A stretch of 64,000 nt of DNA from Azolla caroliniana (lineage: Eukaryota > Plantae > Polypodiophyta), in assembly GCA_043228905.1 (NCBI GenBank), contig JBHGNT010000020.1, positions 7,998,001 to 8,062,000 on the forward strand, in the 5' to 3' direction. The stretch's first letter is position 1, and each line of letters opens with the position of its first letter. The notes under the pieces were generated by a model. The model saw nothing but the letters and a program-made list of their open reading frames with translations. It searched no databases and had not been told where the DNA came from. Made by a program: the position numbers and the translations under genes. Positions 49,607 to 63,307 of the stretch are shown piece by piece.

Positions 49607-52600
49607 TGTCGAAGTAGTTGTGGTTCATGCGGCGAAGTCACAAGGACTAAGGTTAAGGAGAGTTGAAGAAACTTTTATAAGGCTTGCGCACAAATGTTAG
49701 GAAGATTAAGAATAAGAAGAATAAGAGTTTAAAGTAATGTGTGTGAGAGAGACGAGCATGGATAAAAGATAGAGACAATGTATGATTCAAGAAGCAAGAT
49801 AGAGACAAAGTATGATTCAAAAAGCAAGAGTATATGCTATGAACATGATGTCTATTAATAAATACAAGATTTTACCAACTTTACAATGTTTGATCGCAAG
49901 ACCTTTCTCTACCAAATTCCAACTTGAACCCTCAACTTCCTCTTCTAAACACAAGATGCTTGCCAAAGGAGCTAACTTCTTCTTCTTCTCCTTTTTATTT
50001 TTCTTGTTTCCTCTTGATCCCTCTCTCTTTTCCCATTCACTCTTTAAATAGGCCCCCCATGCATATGATGCATGTGAGGGTACAAGACATGCATGTAGTG
50101 CATGAAATGCATGTGATGCATGATTGTCATTTGGCGTTCATGCATTACATGTGATGCATGATAGACATCTCGCTCATTTGAGCTTTCATGTATGAAAATA
50201 TACATGCATAAGCACAACATGAAAATATAGTTCTAAAAACAAATGACCTAGCCTAATTGTATGTGCCTTGTATTTTGTATGTGAGGTTGTGCATTCAAGT
50301 CTCTCAAATTTTATTCAATATAATATTTTCATTTATATTATATCCTTTATGACACCTTAAAACAAATAACCTAACCTAGTGGTATGTACTTCCTACTTGG
50401 TGTGTGAGGTTATGGGTTCAAGTCTTTCAAATATTACTTAATACAATATGTAAGTTTATTTTTCTATTGTGAAGCAAATCCTTCACGACACCTACCCCCT
50501 CTGAACTTGCACATTGGTTGTGCAGAGTTCATCCAACACTTCTTCCGACTCTTTTAGTTCTTCTCCTTGTTCATAAAATTCGGGCTCTAGTGACTCCCTC
50601 CTTTTAAATATTTTAATCCTTTTTCTTGAAATTGGGATACGAATTTCTATCCCATCTAATTCATTGAGGAAATATGTGGCCTTATCTGTTATTTTCCTAA
50701 CTTGATAAGGTCCAAACCATCTTTTTGCGAACCTCCGAATAGTACTGTATTGATTATCTAGGCTACTATTGTAAAGAATCGATGGTGATTCTTGTGCAGC
50801 GGAATAGATGTGTGTTATGTGCGTATATGTGTGAGAGAAAAAGAGAGGAGAGAAAAGAGAACTCAAGATAGATAAATTAGAGGAAAATAGAATACTCAAG
50901 AAGAAGGTGTATATTTCACAAGTAGAATAAGATTTACAAAATGTAACATAATAAGGAGTCACAACCAACTTAATATAAAGTATGAGGAGGGTGCTTTATA
51001 TATAGTCACCCTCTCTCTTCATTAACTAACTACAACAACCACTCTCTCTTGGGGAAATATGTAACTCATTAGTTATGTGCCATAGAATATGATTCTATGA
51101 CACATAGTTAATGTGTAGAGAGTAGTGGCGTGACTCTTGACCTTTGAGTAATCATTGATTCTCAAAAGGTGTGTTCACACATTGCACTATGTTGAGCTTG
51201 ATTCTCAACATGCCCCCTCAAGCTCAACTCGGGTTGGTTCCTTTCGATTGATGTTTGCTTCGGTTGGTATCTGGTTTGGACGATCTCTAAGCTCACCAAG
51301 GATGACTGGATGTGACGCCAACTCTTACACAAAGAAGTGTTGATGATGCTCGACGTCACCAATAGTTACCTTAATGTTAGGGAAAGCCCCATGAAGCTAT
51401 TCCATCGCCCTTGTTGCCGCTCAAATCTTCCACCCATAGCGAGTATTAATGGGCCAGACTTTTCCAATAGAAGTCAAGAGACATGAGGTTGATCTTCGAG
51501 CCATGATCAATTAGCGCCACCATTGGATCTTTCAAGTGTCCCATCTGCATCGGTGTCTCGGTAGTGGCCCTAGCCCAATGTGGCCTCGCGAAATGGCTAT
51601 CCACAAATTCTTGATTGACTTCGAGACCTTCCGTTGTGATAACGCTCATCGATACATTTGTCGGTTTGGCTCCTTCCTCAGTTGTTGTCAGACTCTTCCT
51701 TTTCATTAAGCCAAAGATGACATCATGAAATTCTTTCTTTGCAATTCCCAGGATCTCCCGTAGTGTGAACTCGATTCGGCTATCCCAGATCCTTTCTTCC
51801 ATCACAGGCTTGAGGTCGGTGGATTTCTCTATCTCTGAGCGTAGTTTGAACGCCAGTCCAATTCTTTATTTCCCTCTTTCGGTTATCGTTTGGGGTGGTG
51901 ACGATTCCTCCCTTTTTCAAACGACATCTCTTGTGTTCATGTTTCTTTGAAGGAGCCCCTTGTTCATTTGATCTCTTCCTTTTTTCTTCAACAAGGGCCT
52001 CATAGCTTTGGCACATGGTTTCCACATAACTAGTCTTTTCTTCCACAGGGTCCTTCTAACCCGTCATTGACTGGATTCTTTGTTCGGCTACATAGGCCTC
52101 GTTCGTGTTGAGTTTCCCTTTTTCAACGTAAGCAAGAATGGTCAGCCAAAATTCCCATATTTGTGGCCCTTGAGTTTTAATTTCATTCTTTACTCGAATC
52201 CTAACCGATGAGTAGTAAGTGTTGCCTACGTTTCTTTCCTCCAAACCCCTTAACAAGTCCTTCATACCTCCCCAACCAAAGTTGGTTCTTAGGGGGCGAT
52301 GTGTCTCTAATGAATGAATTTAACTATCAGAGAGATAAATGACGTCACGTTGAAGAGCATCTTGAAAATCGGAACAATCCCTCTGTTGGTGTTCCAAATA
52401 ATCATACCAAATACACCTACCAGGAAAATCTAGATGAAAACCCGAGAAATTCTGGCCTTCATCTCATCTAACTTGGGTGAGCTTCATTTACCGGAGCATC
52501 TCTGCGAGCTCTTCTATTGTAGGTCCGCTCGTGGGACCCACTGCCACATCGTTCCTTGGCCTTATCATTTGCGGTTCTTGCCTCTCGTTATAGGTTTGTT

Positions 52601-52735
52601 GCCCAATCGGAGTTACAGTCCCCATAATTGGTTTGTTATCCCATTGTCGGCATTTGTCAAATCGCCCACATGCTCTCTTCACCGCAGCCCAATCGGAAAT
52701 GAGACCATCCTCATTTTCCAATAGCAATCCAAGGT
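49607..52735 (-). mobile_element. Ty3/gypsy (non-chromovirus-like) relic: gag/PR fragments, integrase C-terminus, PPT and 3' LTR
   Basis: 3' LTR 50490->49607 (TGTCGTGAAG...CTTCGACA), PPT AGGGGGTAGG 50500->50491, WFGPYQV motif (50492-50770), ALIDHGSKINLM, gag fragments to ~52730. Confidence 0.82.
50770..51295 (-). mobile_element. Copia 3' LTR plus PPT remnant (family of 32456-36828) inside the gypsy relic
   Basis: 51210->50770 matches LTR 32456-32861; GAGTTGAGCTTGAGGGGGCA immediately upstream on minus. Confidence 0.85.
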
Positions 52736-52744
52736 CTCTCCGTT

Positions 52745-53221
52745 CGCTTCCAATAGAGAAGCTTGACAGACACCACTATGCATCTTAGTTGTACAAGATG
52801 CACCAGTATCTACTTGGACATGGATACTAGAGTTATGTTGAGGGTGCAAATGAAATAGCGTCGGAGTCATCCCAAAAGGAGTTCTCATCATTGGAACAAG
52901 GATCAAGCAGAGTTTTATACTCCCTTGCATCCTCCATGCACGACCAGATGAGGTTACATTAGAGATGCTAAGATGCTGAAAAAGGCCTGGGAAAATCTGA
53001 AAAAGAGTTTCGCCGCAAGTACCTCAGCCCGCAAGCTACAACTTCGGCACGAACTGAACAATATCTGACAAAAGGATATGTTAGTTTCTGACTACACCGT
53101 GAAGATAAAGGAGATTTGCAATGCATTAGGGTCCATTAACGTCACGATAGACGAGGAAGAAATGGTGCAAATCAACCTCAATGGTCTGGCTCAAAGGTAC
53201 GGGCCCATCCGGACTGTTATA
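52745..53221 (+). mobile_element. Copia gag fragment without LTR
   Basis: LPIEKLDR..., RKLQLRHELNN, KEICNALGSINVTIDEEEMVQI; interrupted by the LTR at 53222. Confidence 0.8.
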
Positions 53222-53396
53222 TGTTGCGTGAGCAAGCTCAACCGGATCAGTATTGGCTAAATAATCCTGAGCTAGATCGACATCCGGAAGTATGACCCGG
53301 ATCGGTATCCGAAAACAACCGGCCGGATCGGAGAGCTGGATTTGCGTGGGAACCGGAATCCTAGTAGTAGCCTAGACTACTAGGCTTCTCACACTA

Positions 53397-54558
53397 TGTA
53401 AAAAATAATGAAATAATTATTTTAGATTAGATTAGTAGCTTACTATAGAAAGATGGATATACTCAAGAGCTTCAAAACGTATTTTACTATATACAAAATG
53501 GAGAAATACATATCAAGTTATGTGAAAATGAAGTTTGAGAAGATATGGAAATTAGAACTATCTCCCACATAGATAGGAAACTTAAGGCCCTGGCTATATA
53601 ACCACCTTGAGCTCCCTCATTTTTCATTTGTGCTAAGAGCACTTTGGCCACTTTGTCTTAATGGATGATGGTGGCCAAGTTCCCAAAAATCGGAACCGGT
53701 CAACAAGCAAACCGGAACCGGAACTGGCAAGGAACCGAAACCAGTCGGCAATCAAACCGGAACCGGTCAGCAAGCAAAATCGGAACCGGAACCGGGCAGC
53801 AAACCAGAACCGGTCGGCAAGCAAAATGGAACCGGTCGGCGAGGGATTCGGCGATCGGGCGGAACCGGCTACCGGACGAGGTTGGATGCGGACAGACGGA
53901 AGATTGGATCATGCAACAAACTAAAGTAAAGTGAAGAGAACTAAAGGCCATGTGGACGCAAGCAACTAAAGTTGGAGTGCATGCAAAAAGTAAAGGTCAT
54001 GTGGATAGTCGCATGCAACTAAAAGAAAAAGGCATGCAACTAAAAATAGATGCAACTAAAAGAAAAAGCTAAGCAACTAAAAGTAGAGGCCATTCAACAA
54101 AAAGTGGACATGCAGATGATCAAGGGAGAACTCCATATAAAATTCCATTTTTTTTCCTACACTCATGCTCTCTCCATAATATATATTTTTTCTTTTCCTT
54201 CTTAGCTCCCCTATCTTATCGAAGCCATATCTCTCAAGTAAACCCTAATTTCCTAATCAAAGCCATACAACTCAAGAACCCTAATATTCGAATTGAAGCT
54301 AAAAACCCTAATATTCTAATTAAAATCCATATCTCATTTCTTCTAATCTATTACTCTAGCTATCTCCATTAGCAAACTTTTTGTAATCCCAATCTTGGGA
54401 TTAATTGTAATCTTTCTTTCTACTTGTTAATGAAATTTGTTAATCTTTCTCATTTCGGTTAATTCTTAGTACATAAATACACGTATTTGATATCCTCTAG
54501 TCAAAGGCCTCGGGGTCTTGCCTCAACGTTCACGTATCCTCGTCGTATTTTCATGACA
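53397..54558 (+). mobile_element. Probable solo LTR inserted in the copia 5' LTR
   Basis: ~1.16 kb absent from the sister LTR, TG...CA ends, AACCGG-rich and GCAACTAAA short repeats; no TSD recognised. Confidence 0.55.
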
Positions 54559-54926
54559 TCGGTCAGTCCTTTTATGGACTTGTATAAAAGTGCTCTCTGA
54601 GCACATTCTATGTATAGAGTTTTAGAGTTATTTTGAATCTACATTTATGTTCTACTCTCTTTATCTCTCCCGTGTATACTCTCTGTGTATTAAGCTTCTT
54701 CATTAAACCTTCATCTTATTCTCTATTGCTATTCGGCTGAGCCGGTTCTGTCTAACGCTTCCGCACAATAACATTCACATGGTATCAGAGCGCGAGGGTT
54801 GAGAACCTCTGCAACCGACAATTGCTTTCGTAGACGAACCCTAATAACCGGTAACAACAAATAGAGAAAGGTATGGACAAAGGTATGGCGAGTTCACTTC
54901 CAACAGAGAAGCTCGACCGGAGCAAT

Positions 54927-55603
54927 TAACAGGAGTACACGCTCCCAATGAACAACACTCGGCCACAACCGAGTTTTGAATCAAACACTAAATCAAACAC
55001 TAAATACGGGTAATGAATGCACGACACAGTGAAGAAAAGAGAACACAGGATGTTATCGTGGAAAACCCAAACTAGGATAAAAAACCACGACAACCCACAG
55101 ACTGCAAACTATCACTATATTAGAATGTACAATAGTAAAGCACTGAGGCAACGACCTCGAGCTTGCTATCTTCGCCACAGGCGGCGATTACAACAGAGGC
55201 AACGACCTCTTCCTCTCTCTCTCTCTCTTTGTACACCGTTACGCGCTCTAATCTTGTGCCAACAAGAATGACAACAACATATCTAAAGTTTGCCCTAAGT
55301 CATATTTATACTAATATGACTTTTCGGCTATTTTCAAATATAGCCCCGATGGAGTCTCAGAAACATATTTACGAATATGTCCCTTCATCCGATGAGCACT
55401 CCTCACCGAGCCTGCATCATCCGGCGCTTGCCGGGCACACATCATCCGGTTCTCACTGGGTCTTCCGTTGCCAGGTACTCCACATCCAGTTCTCACCAGG
55501 TCTTCCGTAGCCGGGTACTCGTCATCCGGTTTCGGCCTCGGCCGAGTTTGCTCATCAGTATTGTTCTTCTCACTTCCCATCTGGAGGGACCTGTTTCCTA
55601 ACA
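54927..55603 (-). mobile_element. Solo LTR (family of 2109-2857) in copia gag
   Basis: Homologous to 2109-2857; degenerate TSD GCAAT/ACAAC (inferred ancestral GCAAC); host gag rejoins across it. Confidence 0.9.
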
Positions 55604-56752
55604 ACAACTACGTGTCCTGGTCATACAAGATGAACCAATACCTGTTGGGACATGGATATTGGAGCTTCGTGGAACGAACGAACGAGGTAGCATCGAAGCC
55701 GACACACAATGACTTCCCGGTATAGGATCAAGGAGCGAGCCGAGTATTGTATTGCCTCATGTCCTGTGTGAACAAACTAGATGCTCGGCTACATAAAGGA
55801 TGCAAAAACGCCGAAGGAGGCCTGGGGAAATCTGAGGAAAAATTTTGTTGCGAGTACCACAACCCGTAAGTTGCAGCTCCAACAAGAGCTGAACAACAGT
55901 CGGCAAAGAGACATGTCGGTTACGGATTATACCACCAAGGTAAAGGAGATTTGTGATGCACTCGGATCCATCAACGTGACGGTGGACGAAGACGAGATGG
56001 TACAAATCTGCCTCGGTGGTCTAGCACAACAGTATGGGCCAATTCAGACAACGATCTGCACCCGAGAGAAGCCATCGTCCTTCTTCGACTTGCAACCAAT
56101 GGTGATGATCGAAGAAAACCACGTGAGTGGGTCCAAGACCACTCAATCAAACAACCGGATGCTAAACACGGATTCAGATTGGTCCCGTGGACATGGTGGA
56201 CGAGGTGGGTCGGCACGCAATGGAGGTGGCCGGCAAGAGCAGGACCGAAGGCACAGAGGTAGTGCTGACAACGATTCCGGACCCTCCACAAGTAGGGGGA
56301 GTCAAAGCGGCGCCGAAAGCCGGCAAGGCAAAGCCGACACGAAATGCTGGTATTGTGGCAAACAGGGCCACAGGGAAAGCGAGTGTTGGAAGAAGCGCGC
56401 CAATTCGGACAAATCCGTATCCGGCAAGGCCGGTCGAGAAAACCGACAAAGCTCGCACTATGCAGAAGGATCAGAAGGATCTAGAACTGGGAAGACTGGT
56501 AAAGGGCAAGCCTTCGTGATGAAGCACAAGGCTAACTCGATGAAGAAGACTACTTCCAAATAGGGGAAGTATGGTACGTTGATTCCAGAGCGTCCAACCA
56601 CATGACGAGCCATGAAGAGTGGTTCTCTTTTTTGGAAAAACCGGAACAATCGGGGATTGTCGAAATCGGAGATGACACCCCTCACCCGATTGTGCATGTC
56701 GGAGAAGTCCCTTTAAGCCATGTCGGACAAAAGGGGAAGCTGATAAATGTAC

Positions 56753-59700
56753 TGTTAGGGTTTCGGTCCCTTCGAATGGGAGATAAGTACCCGGCAAGGA
56801 AGACCCGATGAGAACCAGATGACGCAAACCCGGTGAGAACCGGATGATGAGTACTCGGCAAGCAAGACCCGGTGAGAACCTCTCACAGGATGAAGGGACA
56901 TATAGGTAAATATGTTTTTGAGAGCCCATTGGGGCTATATTTGTAAATAGTCCTAATGTCATATTAGTATAAATATGACCTAGGGCAAACACTTATTGTG
57001 TTGTTGGTCATTCTTTCTGTTGTTGTAACTGTTGTATAGAGAGAGAGAGAGAGAGATACAGAGCAATTCTCTATTGTAACCACCGGTAGGCAAGGAGTGT
57101 GAGCACGAGGTCGTTGTCTCTGTGCCCCCCTGTTGTATTCCTCTGATATAGTGATAGTTTGGAGTCTGTGGGCTCCCGTGGTTTTTCCCTCTCAGGGTTT
57201 TCCACGTTAACATCTTGTGTACTCTCTCATTTACAGTGTGTGTGCATATACGTGTATTTACCCTCCATTCCCATTCTCGGTGTTTTGATTCTAAACGACA
57301 CGATCTAAGAGTCGCCTACGACCGAATAATATTCCGCATATTTCGCGTCAAACTGGTTTCAGAGCGAACAACATAGAAAATGGAAGAATCGTTCGACGAC
57401 ATGTTGAAGCTCACCGGCTCCAACTACTCAGTGTGGAAGTCAACAATGAGGGACATGTTGGTGGTTAAAGATCTTTGGTTGCTGGTTCAGTTCAGGGACA
57501 AGAGACCGGATAAGATCGACGCCACGGTGTGGGAGGTGATGCACATGAAGACGACGACATACATCCGGTGCTTCATCGACATGAGCATATACAACAACTT
57601 CAATGAAGAGAGCAAGGCTCATGAACTATGGGAGAAGATCGGCATCATGTTCCAGAACAAGAATGTTGTTAATCGGGTTTCGGTATTTCGGAAGCTAGTG
57701 GGAAAAGTCGGGGACACAGTCAAAGTTGGGGGGGAGGCCCACTTGCTTCTATTGCGGCAAGCCGGGGCACTTCCAGAAGAAATGTCGGCATTTCCGGAAA
57801 GACAAGGGAACCGACAGTACTGATTCGAAGAAGTCGCTGGACCGAAAGGGTTCGGATCGGTGAGGTCCGGACCAGAAGGGAACAACGGCGATCACAGCAA
57901 GTGAAGAAGAACTAATGCTCATCACCGAGGAGAGTGAGTTGAACCTTATCAGCGAGGAGACAACGTGGGTTGTCGATTCCGGAGCGTCGTTCCACCTTAC
58001 CCCGGACCGGAAATGCTTCTCATCCTACAGAGCCGGTGAGCACGACTGTGTCCGGATGGGGAATGAAGGGACATGCCGAATTATCAGCATAAGAGATGTG
58101 TTGTTCACGACATCAACCGGATGCAAGTTGCTGCTAAAGGATGTCTGACACGTTCCGGAGGTTTGATTGAACCAGATATCAGTCGGTCGGCTAGATGATG
58201 AAGGCTACACAGGTAGCATCCGGAACTATGTCATGAAGTTCTGCAAAGGGAGCTTAATAGTGGCTCGAGCCCGGAAGGTCAACACACTATACTTGATGAA
58301 TGCCCAGGTATGACGGGGAGAAGTGAACGTAGCATCCGACACTGCCAGTGAGCTGTGGCACAAAAGATTGTGTCACATGAGTGAGAAGGGGATGAAGAGG
58401 CTTGCCGAAGACAACCTTATTCTAGTGAAGGACGTGCATCTTGAGAGGTGCACCGACTGCCTGGCCGGTAAGCAAAACCGGACCTCCTTCCGATCAAGGC
58501 CACCGATGAGACGTAATGCACCACTGGAGCTGGTGCATACCGATGTGTGTCAAGTGGACACGAAGTCACATGCCGAATCGCAGTACTTTGTGACGTTCAT
58601 AGATGACCACAGCCGGAAGCTGTGGGCCACACCATTGAAGATGAAGGATCAGGTGTTATCCGTCTTCAAGGAGCTCCACGCAAGAGTGGAAAGAGAAATC
58701 AGCCGGAAGTTGAAGGCGGTTCGAGCAGATAATGGAGGCGAATACCAGGGGTAGTTTGAGGAGTATTGCCGCTTGATGGGAATTCGGCTCAAATTTACCA
58801 TGTCGAAGACGCCAGAACTAAATGGGTTGGCCGAGAGGATGAACCAGACCATAATGGAGAGAGTCTGGAGTATGTTGGCACATGCAAGGTTACCCAAGAC
58901 ATTTTGGGTTGAGGCGCTGGCGATAGCGACGTACGTGATAAACAGATCACCCTCAGTGCCCTTGGACGGAGACATGCCGCAGAGAGTGTGGACCGGTAAG
59001 GAAGTGTCTTACAGGCATCTAAAGGTGTTCGGGTGTCTCGCTTACGTACATGTTGCAAAGGACCAGAGAGCAAAGTTGGATCCAAAGTCTTGGCCTTGCA
59101 TATTCCTCGGATACGGCGATGATGAGTTCAACTACCGAGTGTGGGATCCAGTCGACAATAAGGTTTTACGGAGTCGAGATATTTTCTTCATGGAGGACAA
59201 GACCCTTGCCGACTGGGAGTCGGAGAAGAAGATAATGAACTCTGAGTCGACCGGTAAGGATCGGTTCGATGAGATACGAACCTACCCGGCTAAGAGCCGG
59301 TTGACACTCGAAGAACCAGCCAGTTACGGAGAGGAAACTGAACTGACCGAAGAAGAAGAGGAAGAAGCAGAAACCGGAACCGGCGTGCGTACTGTTAACC
59401 GATGAGGGGGAGCCGGAAAGCTTCGAAGAAGCAAAGGAGAACACCCACAACTGCAAGTGGTTGAGTGCAATGCAGGACGAGATGGATTCCCTGCATGAGA
59501 ACCACACGTATGAACTGGTGGAGTTGCCGAAAGGAAAGCGGGCACTCCGGAATAAGTGGGTGTACAAGTTGAAACCGGGAGATAACAACAAACCCCCAAG
59601 GTACAAAGCCAGGATTGTGGTGAAGGGGTTCTAGCAGAAGAAGGGAGTGGACTTCGACGAGATATTTGCCCCGGTAGTAAAGATGAATTCCATCTGGACG

Positions 59701-61523
59701 GTGCTGAGCATAGCGGCAAGCATGTACCTTGAGGTAGAGCAACTAGACGTGAAGACGACGTTCCTTCACGGCAACCTCGAAGAAGAGATCTACATGCAGC
59801 AACCGGAAGGATTTATGAAGAAAGGGAAGGAGCACCCAGTGTGCCGGCTGAAGAAGAACCTATACGGACTGAAGCAAACTCCCCGGCAATGGTACCGGAA
59901 GTTTGACTCCTTCATGATCGATCAAGGGTACCACAAGACGTAGGTCGATCACTACGTATTTGTGAAGAAGTTCGAAGGTGGAGACTTCCTGATACTCCTC
60001 CTGTACGTAGATGACATGTTGATCGTCCGACGAGACCAAGTCAAGATATGGATGTTGAAGAAGGCCCTTAACCGGACCTTCTCAATGAAAGACTTGGGTC
60101 TGGCAAGATAGATACTGGGGATGCACATCATCCGGGACCGTTCGAAGAAGCAATTGTGGTTGTCACAGGAAAAGTACGTGACAAAGGTGCTTCAACGGTT
60201 CAACATGTCTTATGCGAAACCGGTCAGATCGACACTTCCTGCAAACTACAGATTATCCGAAAAGTAGAGCCCGAGGACAAAGGCAAAGAAGACAGATATG
60301 ATGAAGATACCATATGCCTCTGCCGTCGGGAGCTTAATGTACGCAATGGTGTGTACCCGACCGGATATCGGATATGCAGTAGGAGTGGTGAGCCGATTCA
60401 TGAGCAATCCCGGCAAGGAGCACTAGAATGCGATAAAATGGATACTCTGGTATCTGAAGGGCACTTTGAGTATGTGCCTCTGATTTGGCTCAGGTAAACC
60501 CCAACTCGACGAATTCACGGATTCAGACATGTCAGCTGATGCAGATATCAGCCGATCAACATCCGGATACGTCATGACATATGCAGGGGGAGCTGTTTCG
60601 TGGCACTTGAGGCTGTAGAAGACGGTTGTGTTGTCAACCACAGAAGCAGAGTACATGGTAGTTGTGGAAGCCGGCAAGGAAATATTGTGGATGAAGGACT
60701 TCATCGGAGAGGTAGGGATCCAGCTAGCTACAGTCAGAGTGCCATCCACCTTGCAAAGAACGTTGCCTATCATTCCAGGACAAAGCACATCCAGCACAGG
60801 AACCGTTGGATCCAGGAGCGAGTGGAAGATCGGGAGTTCGCGCTGATGAAAATCCACACGGAGGAGAATGGGCCAGATATGCTGACCAAAGTGATGACAC
60901 TTGACAAGCTAGATGCATGCAGGAAGAGGATCGGATTGACGAGGCATCCCGTGCCGGAGTGAAGGGGGAGTTTGTTAGGATTTCGGTCCCTCCGGATGGG
61001 AGATAAGTACCCGGTGAGAACCGGATGATGCAGGTCCGATGAGAACCTCTCACTGGATGAAGGGACATATAGGTAAATATGTTTCTGAGATCCCATTGGG
61101 GCTATATTTGTAAATAGTCCTAATGTCATATTAGTATAAATATGACCTAGGGCAAACACTTATTGTGTTGTTGGTCATTCTTTGTGTTGTTGTAATTACT
61201 GTAGAGAGAGAGAGAGAGAGAGAGATATAGAGCGATTCTCTATTGTAACCGCCGGTTGGCAAGGAGTGTGAGCACGAGGTCGTTGTGTCTGTGCCCCCCC
61301 CCTTGTTGTATTCCTCTGATATAGTGATAGTTTGGAGTCTGTGGGCTCCCGTGGTTTTTCCCTCTCAGGGTTTTCCACGTTAACATCTTGTGTACTCTCT
61401 CGTTTACAGCGTGTGTGCATATACGTGTATTTACCCTCCATTCCCATTCTCGGTGTTTCGATTCTAAACGACACGATCACAGACTCAATTGCGGCCGAAT
61501 AATATTCCGCCTATTTCGCGTCA
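56753..61523 (+). mobile_element. Complete degenerate Ty1/copia (same family as 1-2857), nested
   Basis: LTRs 56753-57350 and 60973-61523, PBS TGGTTTCAGAGC 57354-57365, PPT 60961-60970, TSD TGTAC/TGTTC; gag-PR-INT-RT-RH with stops and a gag deletion at ~57700. Confidence 0.95.
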
Positions 61524-62873
61524 TGTTCTACACGTTCTAACTATCACAAAGAACTTGGTGTCAGTTGGACAAATCGTCAACCAGGGGATGGAGGTGCGGT
61601 TTACGCACCTCGGGTGCTTCATCGAGGAAGAAGGTCGGATAATCACGCAAGGGCACAGAGAGAGGGAGGATGTTCATCCTCAACACTAATGACGTCGGCA
61701 CCGCCATGTTTGCCACAGGACAGAAGATTGAATCAGAGGATGAGGCCAGTGAGCCCGAGGAGGTCTAGGTAGAAGATGAAGACTTCGGCACTCTAGAAGA
61801 GAGTCCGATCTCATTCCGGATAAGTGGGCTGAATGAGTGGCTGAGTCGGGATGACTAGTCGGATGAAGAACCGGCGAGTAGTGGAGACTCTGTCGTGCTC
61901 TCCTCGCGCAAGGAACTGAGGAGATGGTTCACGCACAAAGAGAAAGGGAAGCAGAAAATGTCGGAATACGAAACCGGCAACATTGAGTCGGATCGAAGCG
62001 AATTTGACTCCGGAAATGATAAAGGCAAATCTTCGGGAACAAAGTCTGAGTCGGCCAAGAGGGCCCTCAAATCAACTAACGAGAAGTTACGCCGATCAAC
62101 CTGCCAAAAGAACCCCGTCAAGAGGTACAAATATAATGAATACATGGCACATCATTATGCATACATGATGAAGGTGGCGGTAGTGCGTGAGTCGAAGAGC
62201 TATGCAGAAGCAACGAAAGACGCGAATTGGCGTGCCGCAATGGAGGAAGAAATGCAGGCACTAGATGCCAACGACACATGGGACCTAGTTTACCCTCCCC
62301 GACATTGCAAACTGATCGGTTGCAAGTGGGTGTACAAACTCATGTACAACGTTGACGGTTCGGTCAACCGGTACAAGGCCCTGTTAGTGGCAAAGGGATA
62401 CGTGCAGACCCACGGAATCGACTATGACAAGACCTTCACTCCGGTAGCGAAGATGACGAAGGTTCGTGTGGTATTGGCGGTTGGTGCGACAAGGGGGTGG
62501 CATCTTCACCAAATGGACGTGAAGAATGCATTTCTTCAAGGTGATCTTGAAGAACGGATGATCCAACCTCTCGGTTTTCAGTTGGAGATGAACAAGTCGA
62601 CGGTGTGCCGGCTTAAGAAGTCGCTTTATGGTCTGAAACAATCCCCCCGAGCTTGGAATGCGAAGATCACGCACCGGTTGCGTAAGATGGGGTTTGTGAC
62701 CTCTAAATCTGACTCATCGTTGTTCATCCGGCAAGGTCCGGACGGTCCGGTTTGCATCTTACTTTATGTAGATGATATAGTCATCACCGGACCCGGACTC
62801 AGTGAAATCGGTCGTGTTAAGGCCTAGTTGTCGGACGCATTTGAGATGAAGGACCTGGGGGATCTTCATTATT

Positions 62874-63307
62874 TGTTACTCTTAGGGCCGGACAATGGCG
62901 TAACACAGGGTGTCTACGGAAGACACTTCACCAAAGGGTGTTACGGCAACCGGATTAGACTCAACGCTTAATCCGACTTAATTAAGTTACTTAACATGAT
63001 CGTCTTTCCTAATCACACGCGTAAGATATAACAATTAAGGCAGAACGGCAATTAACACAGAGAGATAACAACGCTAAGCTTTTATTAATTAACCGCTATT
63101 CATTACATTGTATCCGGGCCTTTAAATAGGTTTCCGGTCTATATTACAAAACGGTGCCATCCGCACCTGTTCGGGATCGGTCCGGATCCGGAACGGCATA
63201 CCGATTCCGGTCCGTCTGTCCACACTCATAGCTTAATTACAACCACATTCCTACTACTTAAATAACTCTCTGTTTCCCACTCTGGACTCCTTTGTCGGCC
63301 GGTAACA
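62874..63307 (-). mobile_element. Solo LTR inserted in copia RT
   Basis: TGTTAC...GTAACA inverted termini, perfect TSD TTATT; TATA-like CTATTTAAA and AATAAA on minus suggest orientation. Confidence 0.9.

Noticed and set aside
50359-50445. Functional tRNA-Pro gene
   Set aside because: Acceptor, anticodon and T stems pair poorly and no clear terminator follows; kept only as a tRNA-like relic
53633-53951. Overlapping RNRN/RFRF-rich ORFs on both strands
   Set aside because: Produced by AACCGG-type low-complexity repeats in an LTR-like insert
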